A stretch of DNA of 64,000 nucleotides from Vicugna vicugna (taxonomy: Eukaryota), in NCBI GenBank assembly GCA_013265495.1, contig MU058423.1, positions 881,061-945,060 of the forward strand, given 5' to 3'. Below are positions 24,865 to 38,434 of the stretch, piece after piece (positions within the stretch are counted from its first letter, which is position 1; every line of letters starts with the position of its first letter). The position numbers and the translations under genes are program-made. The notes beneath the pieces are model-generated. The model had not been told where the DNA came from, made no database searches, and saw nothing but the letters and a program-made list of their open reading frames with translations.

Positions 24865-27800
24865 CTTCACGGGTTGTACAGACTCTCAGAGACCAGATGC
24901 TTATGCTTGTCTGTCTGTAGGTGTGCGTGCATGGAGTTGTGATGTGTGGTTATTTTCACTTCCTGTGAGGCAGGGAGGGGAGGGGGAGATGGTCAGGCTC
25001 AGGTTCAGCGCTACCAAGTGGGAAGTTGTATGAGTTGGGGCCAGTTCCTTGGCCCTTCTCTTTAAGTCTTTGTTTCTCATCTGCAAAATGAGCTAACAAT
25101 GTCTATGACGTAGAATTGTGGAGAGTAGTTCATGAACCAAGGAAGATACAACAGAAGCCCTCCTGCCCAGGGTTCCCCTTGTCTTTCCCTAGTTTGGGGT
25201 GTGAAGGTGGGCATGTCTGGATGTTGGTGAGGACCTGTGAGGTGATGACCTCCTGGGGAGCCATGCCAGCCTCCTCTCTGTCCTGCAGTCACTAGCAAAG
25301 AGCCCAACGCACCCTTCAGGCTCTGCAGATGTTTGTGGAATGAATGCACGAGCCTTTACATGAGCGCATATGGGACTTTATTGGAAGAAACAAGAGAGTC
25401 TGGGTTAATTCCCCTCCAAGCATCCTTATCTTCCCCAGGTTCTTGAGGGCCCACCAGGTGTGGGGGTGGCCCTTTTCAACTGACACATCCAGCTCCTTCC
25501 ATGAATAAGACACGCATGCCCGAGAGAGAGAGGAGGCTGAGCGCTAGCACAGGGGGCGTGTGGGAAACCCTCCTCAAAGTCAGTGTGGCCCACAGACAGC
25601 TGGAGATGGCACACCGAGGCATCCTCAAGGGAGAGCCAGGAGTGCGTGCACTCAACGCTTTCCCAGGGAGGCAGCAGTGGCTGAGTGCAGGTCCAAGGCC
25701 ACGCTGCAGGGGTTCCCATTCTGACCCCACCCTGCTGAGCTAGGTGGCTGGGGCACCTCAGTTTCTTCATCTATAAAATGGGAGTAGATAACACCTGCCT
25801 CATAGATTGTTGTGAGGATAGGGAGCTCATGCATGGAAAGCTCTTGCATCCTGCGCTCAGGAAGGTTGGCTGTTATTACTCCCACTGTAGCCCCAGCCTC
25901 CCTTGTTGTCCCCCACTTTCTCCCCGGGTCCTGGGAGTGGCTGCCGGCAGTAGAGGTGGGGGCTGGGCACTATTCCAGGGAGGAAGATTTTGTGCCTGTG
26001 TGAATATCTAGAAGAGCCCAGAAACTTCTTCTCGTCTTCTGTCTGACCTCTCCGAAGAGGGGGGCTTATGAGCTGATCAAAATGACCAAAAAAGAGAAGA
26101 GGAAGAGACGGGCGGGACGGAGAGGAGAAGGGAGGAAAGAGAGGGCACGGCATCGTGCTGCTCGATGACTGAAATTTACCGAGGGGCAAAGGGGCTGGTC
26201 TCAAAGTCAGCTGGGCCCACAGAGAGCTGGACATGGTGCGCAGACGGCAGGACTGTTTCCCTGAATGCAGTCCCGACAACCCGCCCCTAGACTCTAGTCC
26301 GGGTTCTGCCACCAAGACCCTGAGGGTTCAGATACAGCCCTGGGCCTCGGCTGCCTCGTCTGCCGAAGAGAGGAAATTGATTGCTCATCTCGGAGGCAGG
26401 AGGAAGCTAACCTGCCCCAAATTTTTTCCAATACTTTGTGTTCTTTAGAATAAAGGCACCACATGAATCAGGGTACAAATATAGCCAGGTATTCCACTAT
26501 TTAATAAAAATACTAGGGCACTGGGCCTCCCTAGCACGGCTGAGCGGACACATTCTAGGGGCTCGGGCACGTGGCTTAGACAGCAAAGCCGCGGGCTGCA
26601 GAGACAGACAACCACGAGGGGAGTCGGCCACCCTCTTAGCACCGGGGCCTGGGTCCCCTCCACCAGCAGGACATCCCAAGAAGCGGGGGCCTGTGTGTTA
26701 ACATCTGTTCTCTGGCAAGAACCCTCCAGCTCCCAAAGCAGATCTTTATCCCGGCAATAGAGGTTTCTCGAGTAATAAGTTCTCAGCTCTGAGCATTTGG
26801 TAAAGCCAGATTAATCTGAGAGATAAGAAAATAAGAAGATGACAGAGGCGCCTCAATTACTCATCACTCGGCTGATCCCTCCCGCAACACCGTCTGTATG
26901 CAGAACTCAGCTCCATCAAGTCAGACACAGTTCTGGTCCTGGGGACACGCCCATGTCTTGTTCCCATGGATGCTCATAGCGAGGGCCCAAGAATTGTTGT
27001 TTTCTCGTGTCACTGTGGAATCTGCAATGTTCTCCCCGGCGTCCCGGGAAAACGTGGGGGTCGCCTCCTCCAGGCCCCACTTCAGTTTGTGGGGCCTCTG
27101 TTTTAAAGCTTACCACACTGCAGCGTCATCGATCAGGTGATACGTTGGGCTCCTCCACTAGTCAGCACCTTCCTAGGCTGAGCACCATAACTCGCTGCTC
27201 CATCTTTCTGCGCCCAGCCTCTAGACAATGCCTGGCACGTGGCACGTGTGAATAAATGCCTATTCGTGTCAGATGGCCACAGATCTGTCTCAGATGGTGG
27301 GCCCCCCAAGGGCACGCCCATTTCCTTTGTTTACCTCTGTGCTAGAGACCTGCCCCAGGGCCCAGCACATCGTCAGTGCTCCTCCTTTGATGAGTGACTG
27401 ATGCATTCAGCACATTCTGTAAAAGCTCAGACAGCTCACTAGCGGGTCGGCTGAGTAGAGCCCCTCAACAGAGGGAGAGGATGTAGCCAAAGCACTCAGC
27501 ACAGAGCCTAAGTACTCACTGAATACTGTTATTGTTACCTTGAGCAAGTCACCGAATGCCTCAGAGTCTCAGTTGCCTCATCTGTAAAGTGGGAGTGGAG
27601 TCCCAGCAGCCACAGGATTCTTGTGGGTGAAGCCTGCCTGGCTCCTAACAGGTCCTCGTCAGTGTCAGCAGAACCCACCTGCACCCTTTGACCCAGCCAC
27701 AGAGCCAGCACCTGGCTGGGGGAGTGCCCGGAACAGAGCCCCCTCACCTGGCACAGGTGTGGGAGACATGGGCCTCTCTGTCCTTGCTAGAGCCTCAGGC

Positions 27801-30800
27801 TACTCGCCCCAGACAACCACCCCTGCTGACTCCAATGACTTGGACAAATACTACCACTTTGCACGTGTGCAGTGATGTGAAGATGGTCAAGAGGTTTGGA
27901 CCTGGAAGATCAGACATCCTAGCTGAGGGAGAAAAGGTCTGGCCTTGTCACCGATGGTCAGGCTCCTGGTTGCCATGGCTCCTTTCCGACTCTTCATGTA
28001 TTTTTTAAAAATATGTAATTTCCTAAAGGGAAGCTAAATTGGATTGTGCATTAATTTGAGGGACTGTAGTTTGATACAGCTGGCACCAGCACTGCCGACT
28101 TCCAATCCTTGCTAGGGTGCAGCGGGTGATCTGGGGGCCCCCTGGGGCTCCTCTTCCCTACGCCTACCCCACACAGAGAGCACTCGCTCCTCAGCCTTCA
28201 GCTGAGCCCCCTGCTCTTCTCCAGCTGGTTTTCCAGGAGCCTGAGGTTACTTTACCCACACGGGGGGCACCCACCCTCCCCCGTTCTCCACCTGGGAACC
28301 TGAACCAGCTGCCCCTGCCTCCACATTCTAGGCAGCAGGCCGTGCCCTGGTGGGGGCCGAGGGGCAGAGGATGCTGACACCACACCTTTCTGAGTGCCCC
28401 AGGAGCGGATCAGGAGAAATCCAAGGGACAGGAGTGCGGGCAGGTGTTCTTCTGGGACTGGTGTCGGCCTCGCCTCCCTCTGGTGGGTGCCCAGCAGCTG
28501 GTGAGTTGGGGCTTTGGTTCAGACATTGTTGTGAAGCAGGATGAGTCCTAGTTTCACCATCTGTGAAATGGGGATAAGAGAACCTACTTCACTGAGCCCT
28601 TGTGCAGATTAAAAGGTCCAAGGGAAGAAAGTGCTGGCACAGTGCATACAGTAAGCACTCAATAAATGTGCACTGCCCTTATTTTTGTAGCTTGCCTACT
28701 TGATGCAGGCATCCTGCCCCAGCTCGCCCTGGAGGAAAGCCACATTGCCGCCTGCTGGCTCCTGGACACTGACCCTCAGCACTTACGCCCTCTGACTGCC
28801 CCTCGTGCCTCATGTGGGGCAGCAGTGGATGCCCAGAACCCCAACGAAATTTCTGCATTTTCCCAAATGCCTGGTGCAAGGTGTGGTGTGGGGACAAAAC
28901 CAGCTGAGTAACTGACCCTAAGGATGTGAAAACCAGCTCCTCCTGTGCTCCCAGCAGAGCCAGGAAGCCAGTCCTGACATCCTCCTCCCTCCTCTGCCCT
29001 CCCCGGCCAGCACAGCCACTGCTCAGGGCGCGCTTATCAGGCCAGCACCATGGGAACATCACCCTGCCCAGCAATTAACATCATCCCCAGTTGTTAGACG
29101 AGGAGATGGAAACTCAGAGAGACTGGCCCCCATGTGACACTGCAGGTTACAGAGCCAGAGCCTGTTCTTAATCCCCGCCTATTCTTAATCCCCACCTCTC
29201 GGCTCTCGGTCCCTCGGAATTACTCTGTGCTGGGCCCAGGAGGCAGGCAGGTGGACAAAAGGAAAAGAGATGCCCAAGTCTAAATTCCCTAGACCTCAAA
29301 CTCTCAAGAAAAAGTGCCAGTGTTACTCACCTATTCCCCGTGAGTTACATTTCTCCAGGCGAATTATACAATAGGACTTTAGTCATAACTTAGTGGAGCC
29401 GAATGATTTCTAAAAGCAATCAAGACTTAGTCCTCTGCAGCCAAAACTAAGTGCTGGTTGCTAATGGGGAGGACAGAGGCACAGAATGTCGATCCCCTAA
29501 GGGGATGGTCCCAGGGACCCAGAAACAGTTACCCAAACCTCGTGGATCAGCCCACCCTTGCACCCTTCTACCTCCCCAGCCCAGTACCCAGGGAAGTCGA
29601 GGTTGGACAACGGACACCTCCCAGATAACCCAGGGTTCATTCACTCAGCATATGTCTTGAGCACCTACTGTGTACCAGATACAGTCAGGGTTGGCTGCAT
29701 CAGGGCAACAAACAATAAAAATATATCAGCTCCCATATTTGTATAGCATTTTCTGATTTTGTCCAAATTCCTTGACATCTCTTACCCCCTTTGAGCCTCA
29801 CCGTAACACTGCCAATGGAACACTGTATACAAAACACCTGGCACACTGTGGCCCCACTCTGTAAGCATGCCTCCTTTTTTATTCCTATGTACAAGTAACA
29901 CAGGGGTCACCAACCTTATTGAGCAAACAAGGAAAGTAAAGCACAGAGGGGAAAAAGATGTGCTGGAATTCATATCGCAGGAGAGCGAGAGAACCAGGAC
30001 CCCAGCCCCACCCCATGAATCACACTGTCCAGATGCCCTCTCCCCTTACTCAAAAGTTTTATATAGATAAAAATCTACTTAAATTGAATATTGATTGTGG
30101 TGTCAGGAAGGTGTGTGTCAGCCTGCCTGAGGCCCGTGCCGCTGGAGGGAGTGGCAGGTGCAGGCTGGAGGCAGAGCACATACAGAGACCAATTATTTTA
30201 GCCCCAGCATTAGCTTGCCTCCTTTTACAGCTGCCACAGCCCTTCACAGTAAAGACCCCAATTTGTTAGAGCCCAGGGAGAGTCCCTGCTCTTTGGAAAA
30301 AAAAAAGAAAGAAAGAAAACCCAGACACAGTCTGGAAAAGATATGGCCAAGTTTTACTCTTATTTTAAGCTACTCAGCTGAGTGTTCCTTCGCATTTTCT
30401 GTTATTAAAGCCTTGGGCTGACAGCCGCAAATCAGCTCCCGAGGTCCTAGGGGGTTACCCCATCCTCACCCTTCACAGAGATGTCTACAAGAAACGTTGG
30501 ATTTGCTGTCAGCTCTGGGGCTGGAAAGAGGCATTTTCCACCTTCCTGGGCACAGCTAATTGGCTGTAGATCATCACTGAGAAGAGAGGGACAGTTCTCA
30601 GATACCTGCCTTCTCTCCAGCCTGGATGGATGCTTGGAGAGAAATTCAGGGCATGCCAGTGTGAACCATTGGGTGCAGACTTTGGGCACAAGGGAGTGAT
30701 GGAGCCCAAGAGCACGGCTCCTTCCTCTGCCCGCCATGGGTCTCAAGACAACCAAGAGCCGTTCCTCTCAAGGTGTTTGGTCTTAGCATGAGGGACCTGC

Positions 30801-32679
30801 CCTCCCCCAGCAAGGTCAAGCCCATTCTGGACAGAGAACAGGAAGAGACTGAATGGTCATTAGGTCCAGGTCAGGCACCTAACCCAGCCCCAAAACAGAA
30901 GAAGGAAATAAAAGCTAGCAGGAGGAGGCAGAGACACATCACTCACCCAGTTTATTCAAATAAGAGCCACAGATCAATTCGGGAGGCCCCTCCCATGCTG
31001 ACCTCTGGGTTATCTCCCGCTCCATGATCCGGGCAGAAAGGCAGGCAAGAGCCCAAGCAGCCCATCCACCCGTGATCTCAGTAATATCCTGTCCACATTG
31101 GGCGACGCTGGACCAGGAAACGGCTTTCTTGCTTGAAATTTCTGGTGCTGCCCTGGGAGCCCAGGAGGGGCTATGAAGAAGCATTTTGGCTGGACCAGAT
31201 ACAAATCAGTGAATAAAGAGAGCCCTAGAGCAGGCTGGCCACAGCAAGGCACCATCAAGAGTGCATGCATCTCCCTGGGGCCCTTGAACATCCCAAGTTC
31301 AGGGTGAGGACACACCCTGTCTTGATCATTTTTGAGTCCCCAGCGCTCAGCCCAGTGCCAGACACCCAAAGGCCATCAATCAGTATTGTTTTAACTGGGA
31401 CATGGGCCCTTGTTCTTGGAGAACCCTTGATTAAATGAGGTGAGTGCATGTGCGTGCAGACACACACACACACGCACACACATACCACACAGAGGAAGTG
31501 TGACGCAATTTTTTCTAAGTCTAGAAAAATAATTTTCTGCTGTTGAAACAGAACAAGTGAGGCCAGAGCTTCGGATTCTGTAGTCCCCTCAGGCTCTTAC
31601 TAATCAAAACGCAACGTTTCTCCGTGGCACCTGCACAAAGCAACCCCTGGCCTCCCACCCGCACCTGCGACAGCAGCCCAGCACCACCTCAATCCCCCAC
31701 ATAGCTGCTCCACCAGCCTCCCTCCAACCCAACACAGCCCAGCGGCCAAGCCCCAAAAGCCTGTCCCTTCTCTTTCTCTCCCAGGGCCATTCCAGGCCTC
31801 CTATCTTTTGCAGCGGCCCCTTGAAGGAGAGACCAGTCATTGGCCCTGGTTCTGCCTTAGTTATGTATGCTTGTGTCCTTGAGGCCAGGCGCCTGAGATG
31901 GCCCCGGATGGGGGTAGATTCAGGGCATCACTGTCCCTCTTGCCCCACTGCTGGGAAATGAAGGGCAGACGTGCAGGAGGCATCTCTGGTAAGGCCCACT
32001 TGTGATTTTCAAACTCCCCAGACAGCGGGGGGCTGCAGAACAGAAATACCCATTGCAGAGCTGACAGGGTTCTCAATGGGGCTGGTGATTTTTGTTGGTC
32101 TCAGTAATTCCAACCTAGAGCCACTCCCACTCACCGACTTTGCTCATCAGAATTTCCAGAATGAACTTAGACCAGAAGCTCTGCTGGAAGAGGAAAGCAG
32201 GGCCCAAGAGAGCCTGTGTGTGTTCCCTGTTGACGCTGCACCTGGGAGCATTTATAGCTGCTCTCCGTCAGCGGTTGCCTTGACCCAGCATTGACAGAGG
32301 AGTGGGCTCAGGAAGCAGGCCATACTCTGGAATTCAACTGACTCCTTTTCCTTGGAGCAAAACCTCTAATAGGGAAGCCCTTGCATTCATACAGCATTAT
32401 CGCAAAGAGGAGGAAGGGGACTGTGAACCAGGAAACATTTGACCAAGGGACATAGACTTGGGGTGTGACTTAGTTCTTACATTCATTGATCTCGAGAAAT
32501 AAATGAGTGCCTGTCAATATGAATAAACAAGTACAAAGATGCTGAGAAAATTTGAAATCAGGGAGTGATGGATGTCCAGCCAAATTAATCAGAAAAAGTT
32601 TCGTGAAACAAAAACATTTTTTAGTATCTGAAAGAAAAAAGGAATGAAAGTTACACTTACAGAGTTCTTGCTTTTATAC

Positions 32680-33580
32680 ATCAGGTGTTCAACAAGGCAC
32701 GTGTACTTTCTCATTTGCTTCTATGGGCTATATTCTGGAGAATTCCTTCCAACTTACCATGCACTAATTTTCTCTTCAGCTGTGTTTCATCTGCACTCAA
32801 ACCCATCCATCAAGTACTTAGTTTTGGTTGTTGTTGTTTTTTTTTTTTTTAGTTCTAGAATTTCAATTTGGTTTTTCTTCAGAATAGCTAGAACACATTT
32901 TAGTTTCTATTCCCTTACAAAATTTTCAAGCTTGCCTTTTATTTCTTTGAATTGTAGACATAGCTGTCTGAGGGCGATAATTTTAATATTTCAAGCGTTT
33001 GTGGGTCCCTTTGTTATATATTACTTCTCCTGGTTCTCACTCATGGTGCCTTCTTCCCTTGTGTTTTGGTTGTCTTTCATTCTGTGCTAGTCAGTGCATT
33101 TGAACAGTATTTGAGGGTGGTTTCAGGTCAGAGTATTCTTCCTCCAGGGAGGATTTTAGATTGCCTAGTTTGCTTCTGCCAGACAAGTGGTTCATCCGAA
33201 TTCCTTAACCCAAATTCAAGGCTGCACATCCATGAGAGGCAATATTTACCTTCAATTCATCTCTACCCTGAGGGTGGAGCCCTTCAGGACCCCAACTTTG
33301 AGAAAGGTGGAGAGCATATAGTCGTGCCTCCCACCTCGGGAGCTCCTTTTGTCACTGTTACTTCTGGATAAATTAATTTTTTTCAAAGGCAAAGGTATAG
33401 TGGGCTTTCCCCTGCTGAGCTCTTACTTCCTCAGAGATTATGGCCCAGTGATTCCTCACGACGTTGTTACCTCTTGGATGAGCCTAAGAAAATGTTTGTT
33501 GTATTTCATCCAACTTTTTGTTTGTCCTCAGCAGAAGGGTTTATTCAAACTGATTAGCTTTCCATTACTGGAAGTAGCTG
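32680..33580 (-). mobile_element. Old L1 (L1ME-like) fragment, antisense
   Basis: T-rich antisense L1 signature (tcttcagctgtgtttcatctg...tttagttctagaatttcaatttggtttttc). Confidence 0.55.
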
Positions 33581-36500
33581 TCCCTCCTCTCATTTTCCCT
33601 TACAGTGATTCAGTGTGTTGAGTAGATATGAATAGTCCCATTTTACAGATGAGAAAGTGAGGGTTAGAAACTTTGCCCAAGTCAGTGGTCCACAAATGGA
33701 GGACTCAAGGGTTGAATCAAGACTATTCCAAGCCCAAAGCCCATAGTTTCCCCACTAGACCACACTTAGGAATCGAAAGGGGAGCAGGAAAGCTATTTAA
33801 AATGTCTGTGAAAGGCACGTGCAAGAGGTCAGAGGAAATGGTAGAGCTGGGCAGTGAGCGTCACGAGCAGATGCATCTGCAGAGCAGAGCTTCCGTGTCA
33901 AAAGAACAATCCTCCAATGGAAACGGCAGGCCAGGCGGACCAGGTGCCCTCCACTGGGGCAGGAGTCCCTGTTGAAACAGACATGCCCCCTCCAGTGGCC
34001 CTATTCTTGGGGACACAGATGCTTCCCACTGGAGCTGCAGTGCGCGGAGGGCAGGTAAGTGTCCCAGCAGCTGGGAGGCCAGCTTGGAGCAGATGTGCTC
34101 CACAGAGCAGAGAGCCCAGTGGGAGACATGAGATTGTCCCTTGGTGAAAGGACGGCGGGGAAAGCTATTTAGGATTCACTTGCTAACTCACATCCCTCTC
34201 TCTTCTCTTCCTGCCACTGGGAAGTCACCCAGCAGCCTCTCCCGAACACCTTGGTCCTGGACCTCCTGAGTTGATGAAAACACATTGTGTAATTACTTTC
34301 CCCTCTACAAGCCAGTCGCTGCCTTTTGACTGCAGCAGCAGGGGAATTCTCCGCAGGCACTTTCCCCACGGCAAGCAAACTGCAGGCTCAAGCCCTCTGC
34401 ATCCCTACCCTCCCAGCTCTGCTCTCGCTCTCAAGTAAAGTTTGCTTCCACCCTGAAGTTTAAGGCCTCTGCTGAACTAAACTCTTTGAAGGAGGTGGCA
34501 GGAGATGGGGAGAGATTTCTGCCCCTCCAGGACTTTCCTTGTGCACTTGGCAATATTTCTAAGATTACTTTTCTCACCATCTGCACAGGAGGCTCATTAG
34601 CATACAGAGGTATGTGTCCTCTGGCTGTGACAGGGCTCAGCAGGGATCCCACCAGCTGGGAGACAGCAGGGGTGGACTGGGAAGCCAGTCAGGGCAGGGG
34701 GAACGGGTGAAAGGACCAAGCCTGGCGCTGCGCGTCCAGGTCGTGGCCTGGGATCTTTGTCAGGCCCTGGAAGATCTCCTCCCGCAGTGTCCCCACGTGT
34801 CCCCTCTCCAGCAGACTGAGGCTGAGACGCATGCATTCTCCTCTTGCAGATTTTCTAACTCTTTTTTTCCTCCCTGTTGGGGTTGATGTTTCACCAAGAT
34901 TAATCGTCTATTGAGTCATTTTTTAAGGGGCCTTTTGATGAAGAGAAAGCACATAAATAAGCCCTGCCTGTCAGCTTCGGCCGCCCTTTTCTCACGCGTG
35001 GGTTCTGCTTTGTAGCCAAGAAGCCCTCTGCCCTTGGTACACGGCCCCCTCCAGCAGGCTCACCCCCTGCAGCCCTGCGCACCAAGGGGGAGGTGCCGTG
35101 TGGGGCGGCAGGGAGGGGGGAGGCAGAGGGACCTCCCCAGAGCCCAGGCACTGGGCTTGTTGGTTCTGCGCCCTGCCTTCTTCTCTGGCTGCAAGGTAGT
35201 GGTCAGGGGCATGAGCCCTGAAGGCAGACTGCCAGGGCTCCGACTCTAGCCCTGCGGTTTATTTCTTGTGTGATTTGGGGATTATTACTGAGCCTCTCTG
35301 AGCCTTAGTTTCCTAATCTGCAAAATGGGCGTAATCATAGACCACGTCTCCTGGAGTTATTGGAAGAATTAAATAGACTCAAAAATACCTGGACCGATAC
35401 CGAGCACATACTAGGCATTCATACATTAGAATTACTCACGCTACTTCACCCTCCTTTGATGCAGGAATTGTGTTTCCTACAGAGGCTGCAGGTGCTGTGA
35501 CAGCCACTGGGAGCCGTGGGACCGACCCAGCAGGTTCCCTTCCCTGCACACTGCAGCCGCCTTGGACCCACAGCTCTGAAGCTTGACTAAAGGGCCAGGG
35601 GCAGAAAGGTTATAAAGGAGAGTACAGACACTCCATTACACCGTAATGTGTATGGTCACATGATGATCTGGGGGAGCCTGGCTCTGCCAGCCCTGTAGAA
35701 ACCTCCAAACCCACCTGCCTGCCTCTCCATTCGCCCTGGACCAAAGCATCCTTTGTCACTTTGGCAAAAGCCAGAGAGGAGCTGGGCTGGGGTGAAGCTG
35801 GAGAAGGAATGAAATGCCACAGACGTCGGGATATGAAGGAAGGCCCTGGTCCAAGGGGCAAGGGCTGGGTGGCTTCCAAGAACCATTTATTGAGGTCTTT
35901 CCTGTAAGCCCAGCTCAATTTCAAGCTCTACAGGGGGTTATAAAATTCCAAAGGACACATCCCTGCCCTCAAGGGGCAAGAATCTAGTTGGCAACATAAG
36001 TCCCACACAAATGAAACATTAAATACACAACGAGGGGTTTTGCAGGGCTGGTTTTGATACGTGAAAAATGAGCAGTAGCTTCAGACAGCTCTGAAAATGA
36101 TGGGGGTGGAGTAGATGGTTCTTCTTTTAACTTAGTTGGGCTCCCCCCACCCAGCTTTTTATTATGGAAAATTTCAAACCTATACAAAAAGGGAGAGAGT
36201 GGTAAACGAAATCTCAGGGACCTACCTACCTGGCTTTATCTTTGTTCCTCCTCACTAGCCCTTTTTTCCTGGAGTATTTTAAAGCACATTCCAGATATGT
36301 GTCATTTCACCCATAAATATTTCAGTATGCATGGAACAGATGGTTTTTAAGGTTTCCTCTGTCTCTGACCTGGTGTGAGTATATGGGTGATGGCGAATGT
36401 CAGAGCGGTTTTCTGATGGGGTGAGGAAGAAGTGATATGTCCACTTGGGGCTTGGTGTATGTGGAGGGTGTTATTTTACACATGTGCACGCGCACACACA

Positions 36501-37456
36501 CACACACACACAACTAGCCGCCCTAAACTATCTTAACTGATCCTAGTAGATCTCAGCCCAGAAAAGGCTGGCTGGAACATCTTGGACATGAGGGTCCAAA
36601 AGAGGCAGAGACAAAGAGAATCAGTTAAACATCCATTTCTTCATAAAATGTGTAATGATCCCTACTAACCTGGCAGGCACTGGGCTAGCTCTACACTGAA
36701 GGAGCAGAGGTGACCCAAGCAGGCAGAGCCCCTGCTGTCACCAGCTGACATGGAGCGGGGGTTGTTGGGGGGGCAGAGACCAAATGGGCTGGTGTGTACC
36801 TGTGGGAGTGCTATTCTAGGGTGTCACACCCCAGAGGTCCCTTACCCAGAAGCAAGAGTAAAACACAGAGAGAGAAGGGCAAAGGCTCAGAGACCCAGAG
36901 ATGAAAGATGGAGGCCAGAGGACCAGGGGCCAGCCCCCTGCAGGGAGGCATCAGAGGCTGGGCGCCTGCTGAAGGCCATGGTAGCAGCCTCCTCGCCTTT
37001 TCCTTCCCCGGCCCTCCTGGAGTCAGACAAGGCAGGTCAGGTGAGGCAGATTTCAGTCGACAACTCATTTCCACCTTCCAAAGCAAGAGAAAGACACTTG
37101 GGGGATGATCAAGGCTCAGCAAACGCACCCAGCTGAACCAAACCAAACCCAGAAACTCTGAGCCCAGGGCTGGCAGCGTATATGACGCAGAAAGATGCTT
37201 CTGGGTTTTCCATAGCTCAGAGGGAGCTTAAATTGGCCTCAGGCCCTGGAGCAGGATTTCAAATATCTGAGATGAGGTTGGAGATAATAGTTACATGTAC
37301 TTGGGGACCCAGGAATTTAGTCCTGGTACAGGCTCAAGGGGAAACCTACCTTAGAAATGATAAGTGAATTTAGTCCACCACCCTGAAAGTAACTTTTGAT
37401 AGCCCACTGTGTGTCCACATGGGATAAGAGCTGGAATAACACAGAAGTAAAAAAAT

Positions 37457-37552
37457 GGGGGGTGGGAGGTGCGGTGCAGCTCAGTGGTAGGGCACAAGCT
37501 TAGCATGTACGAGGCCCGGGGTTCAATCCCCAGTGCCTCCATTAAAAAAAAA
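37457..37552 (+). mobile_element. Short tRNA-Ala-derived SINE (camelid type), second copy
   Basis: GCAGCTCAGTGGTAGGGCACAAGCTTAGCATGTACGAGGCCCGGGGTTCAATCCCCAGTGCCTCCA followed by poly-A; homologous to the 19.3-kb copy. Confidence 0.85.
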
Positions 37553-38263
37553 TAAGAAAAATCTTGACTTCAAGATGGTGATGTTAGATCTGTGAAGTCC
37601 CTACTGTGTGCCTGGTCTCTGCCAGGCTCGTTCTCATGGAGGTTCCCATCTAGTAAGTAGATAGACGTTAATCGAACAATCTGGAAAATGCCACGCTCTG
37701 GGGTCTGTGCATGCACAGTGACCGCTTCCTGCAGGGACATTATTCCTGGTTTTACAGCCCAGGGATCTGCAGCTTAGAGAGCTAAGTCAGCGGCCCGAAG
37801 ATGCACAGCTAGAGAGAGAGAGACGCAGGTTTGCGATTCAAGATTTGCGTGACACATCATCCTCCCAAGCTTAGGGTCTGCTAGGGACGAGAGAACAGGT
37901 GAGCGTGAAAGAACGGCCCCCAGTCTGGGCCACGCGAGGTGGGGAGCGTGGTGTGCTTAGGAGCTCTGAGAAGGGCTGTCCTGCTGGCAGGGGGACACAT
38001 GCGCTCTGGGGCTCCAGGGGCAGACCCGGGTCTCACAGGTGCAAGTTACCTGTAGGTAAACTGACAACGTGGGTAGCCCAGCTATGACCAGGTGGTTTCA
38101 TGCAGAAGAATAACTCAGCTCTCAGCTCTAACTGAGCTCTAGCTAGTTATATAGTAATATAATTATAGCTAGCTATGTGTGTACTACTGTAGCTTACATA
38201 TATAGTAACTACAAACTATTTATAAACTATAGTGTAGTTTACTTTATACATAGTTTATGCATA

Positions 38264-38434
38264 GAGTTGGCCCTCCAGTATCCGCGCGTGCCAGAGGGCC
38301 GACTGAACTCCACTATTTTACATCAGGGACTTGTGCATCTGTGTATCTTGGCATCTGTGCAGGGGTGGGGGGAGGGGTGGGGAGGAACAAGGAGGGGTCC
38401 TGGAACCGTCCCCGTGGATACCGAGGTCCGACTG
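38264..38434. mobile_element. MER2/Tigger-type DNA transposon fossil
   Basis: Terminal inverted repeats (g)agttggccctcc.gtatcc / ggataccgagg.ccgactg, internal ttttacatcagggacttg.gcatc, TA on the left flank. Confidence 0.7.
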
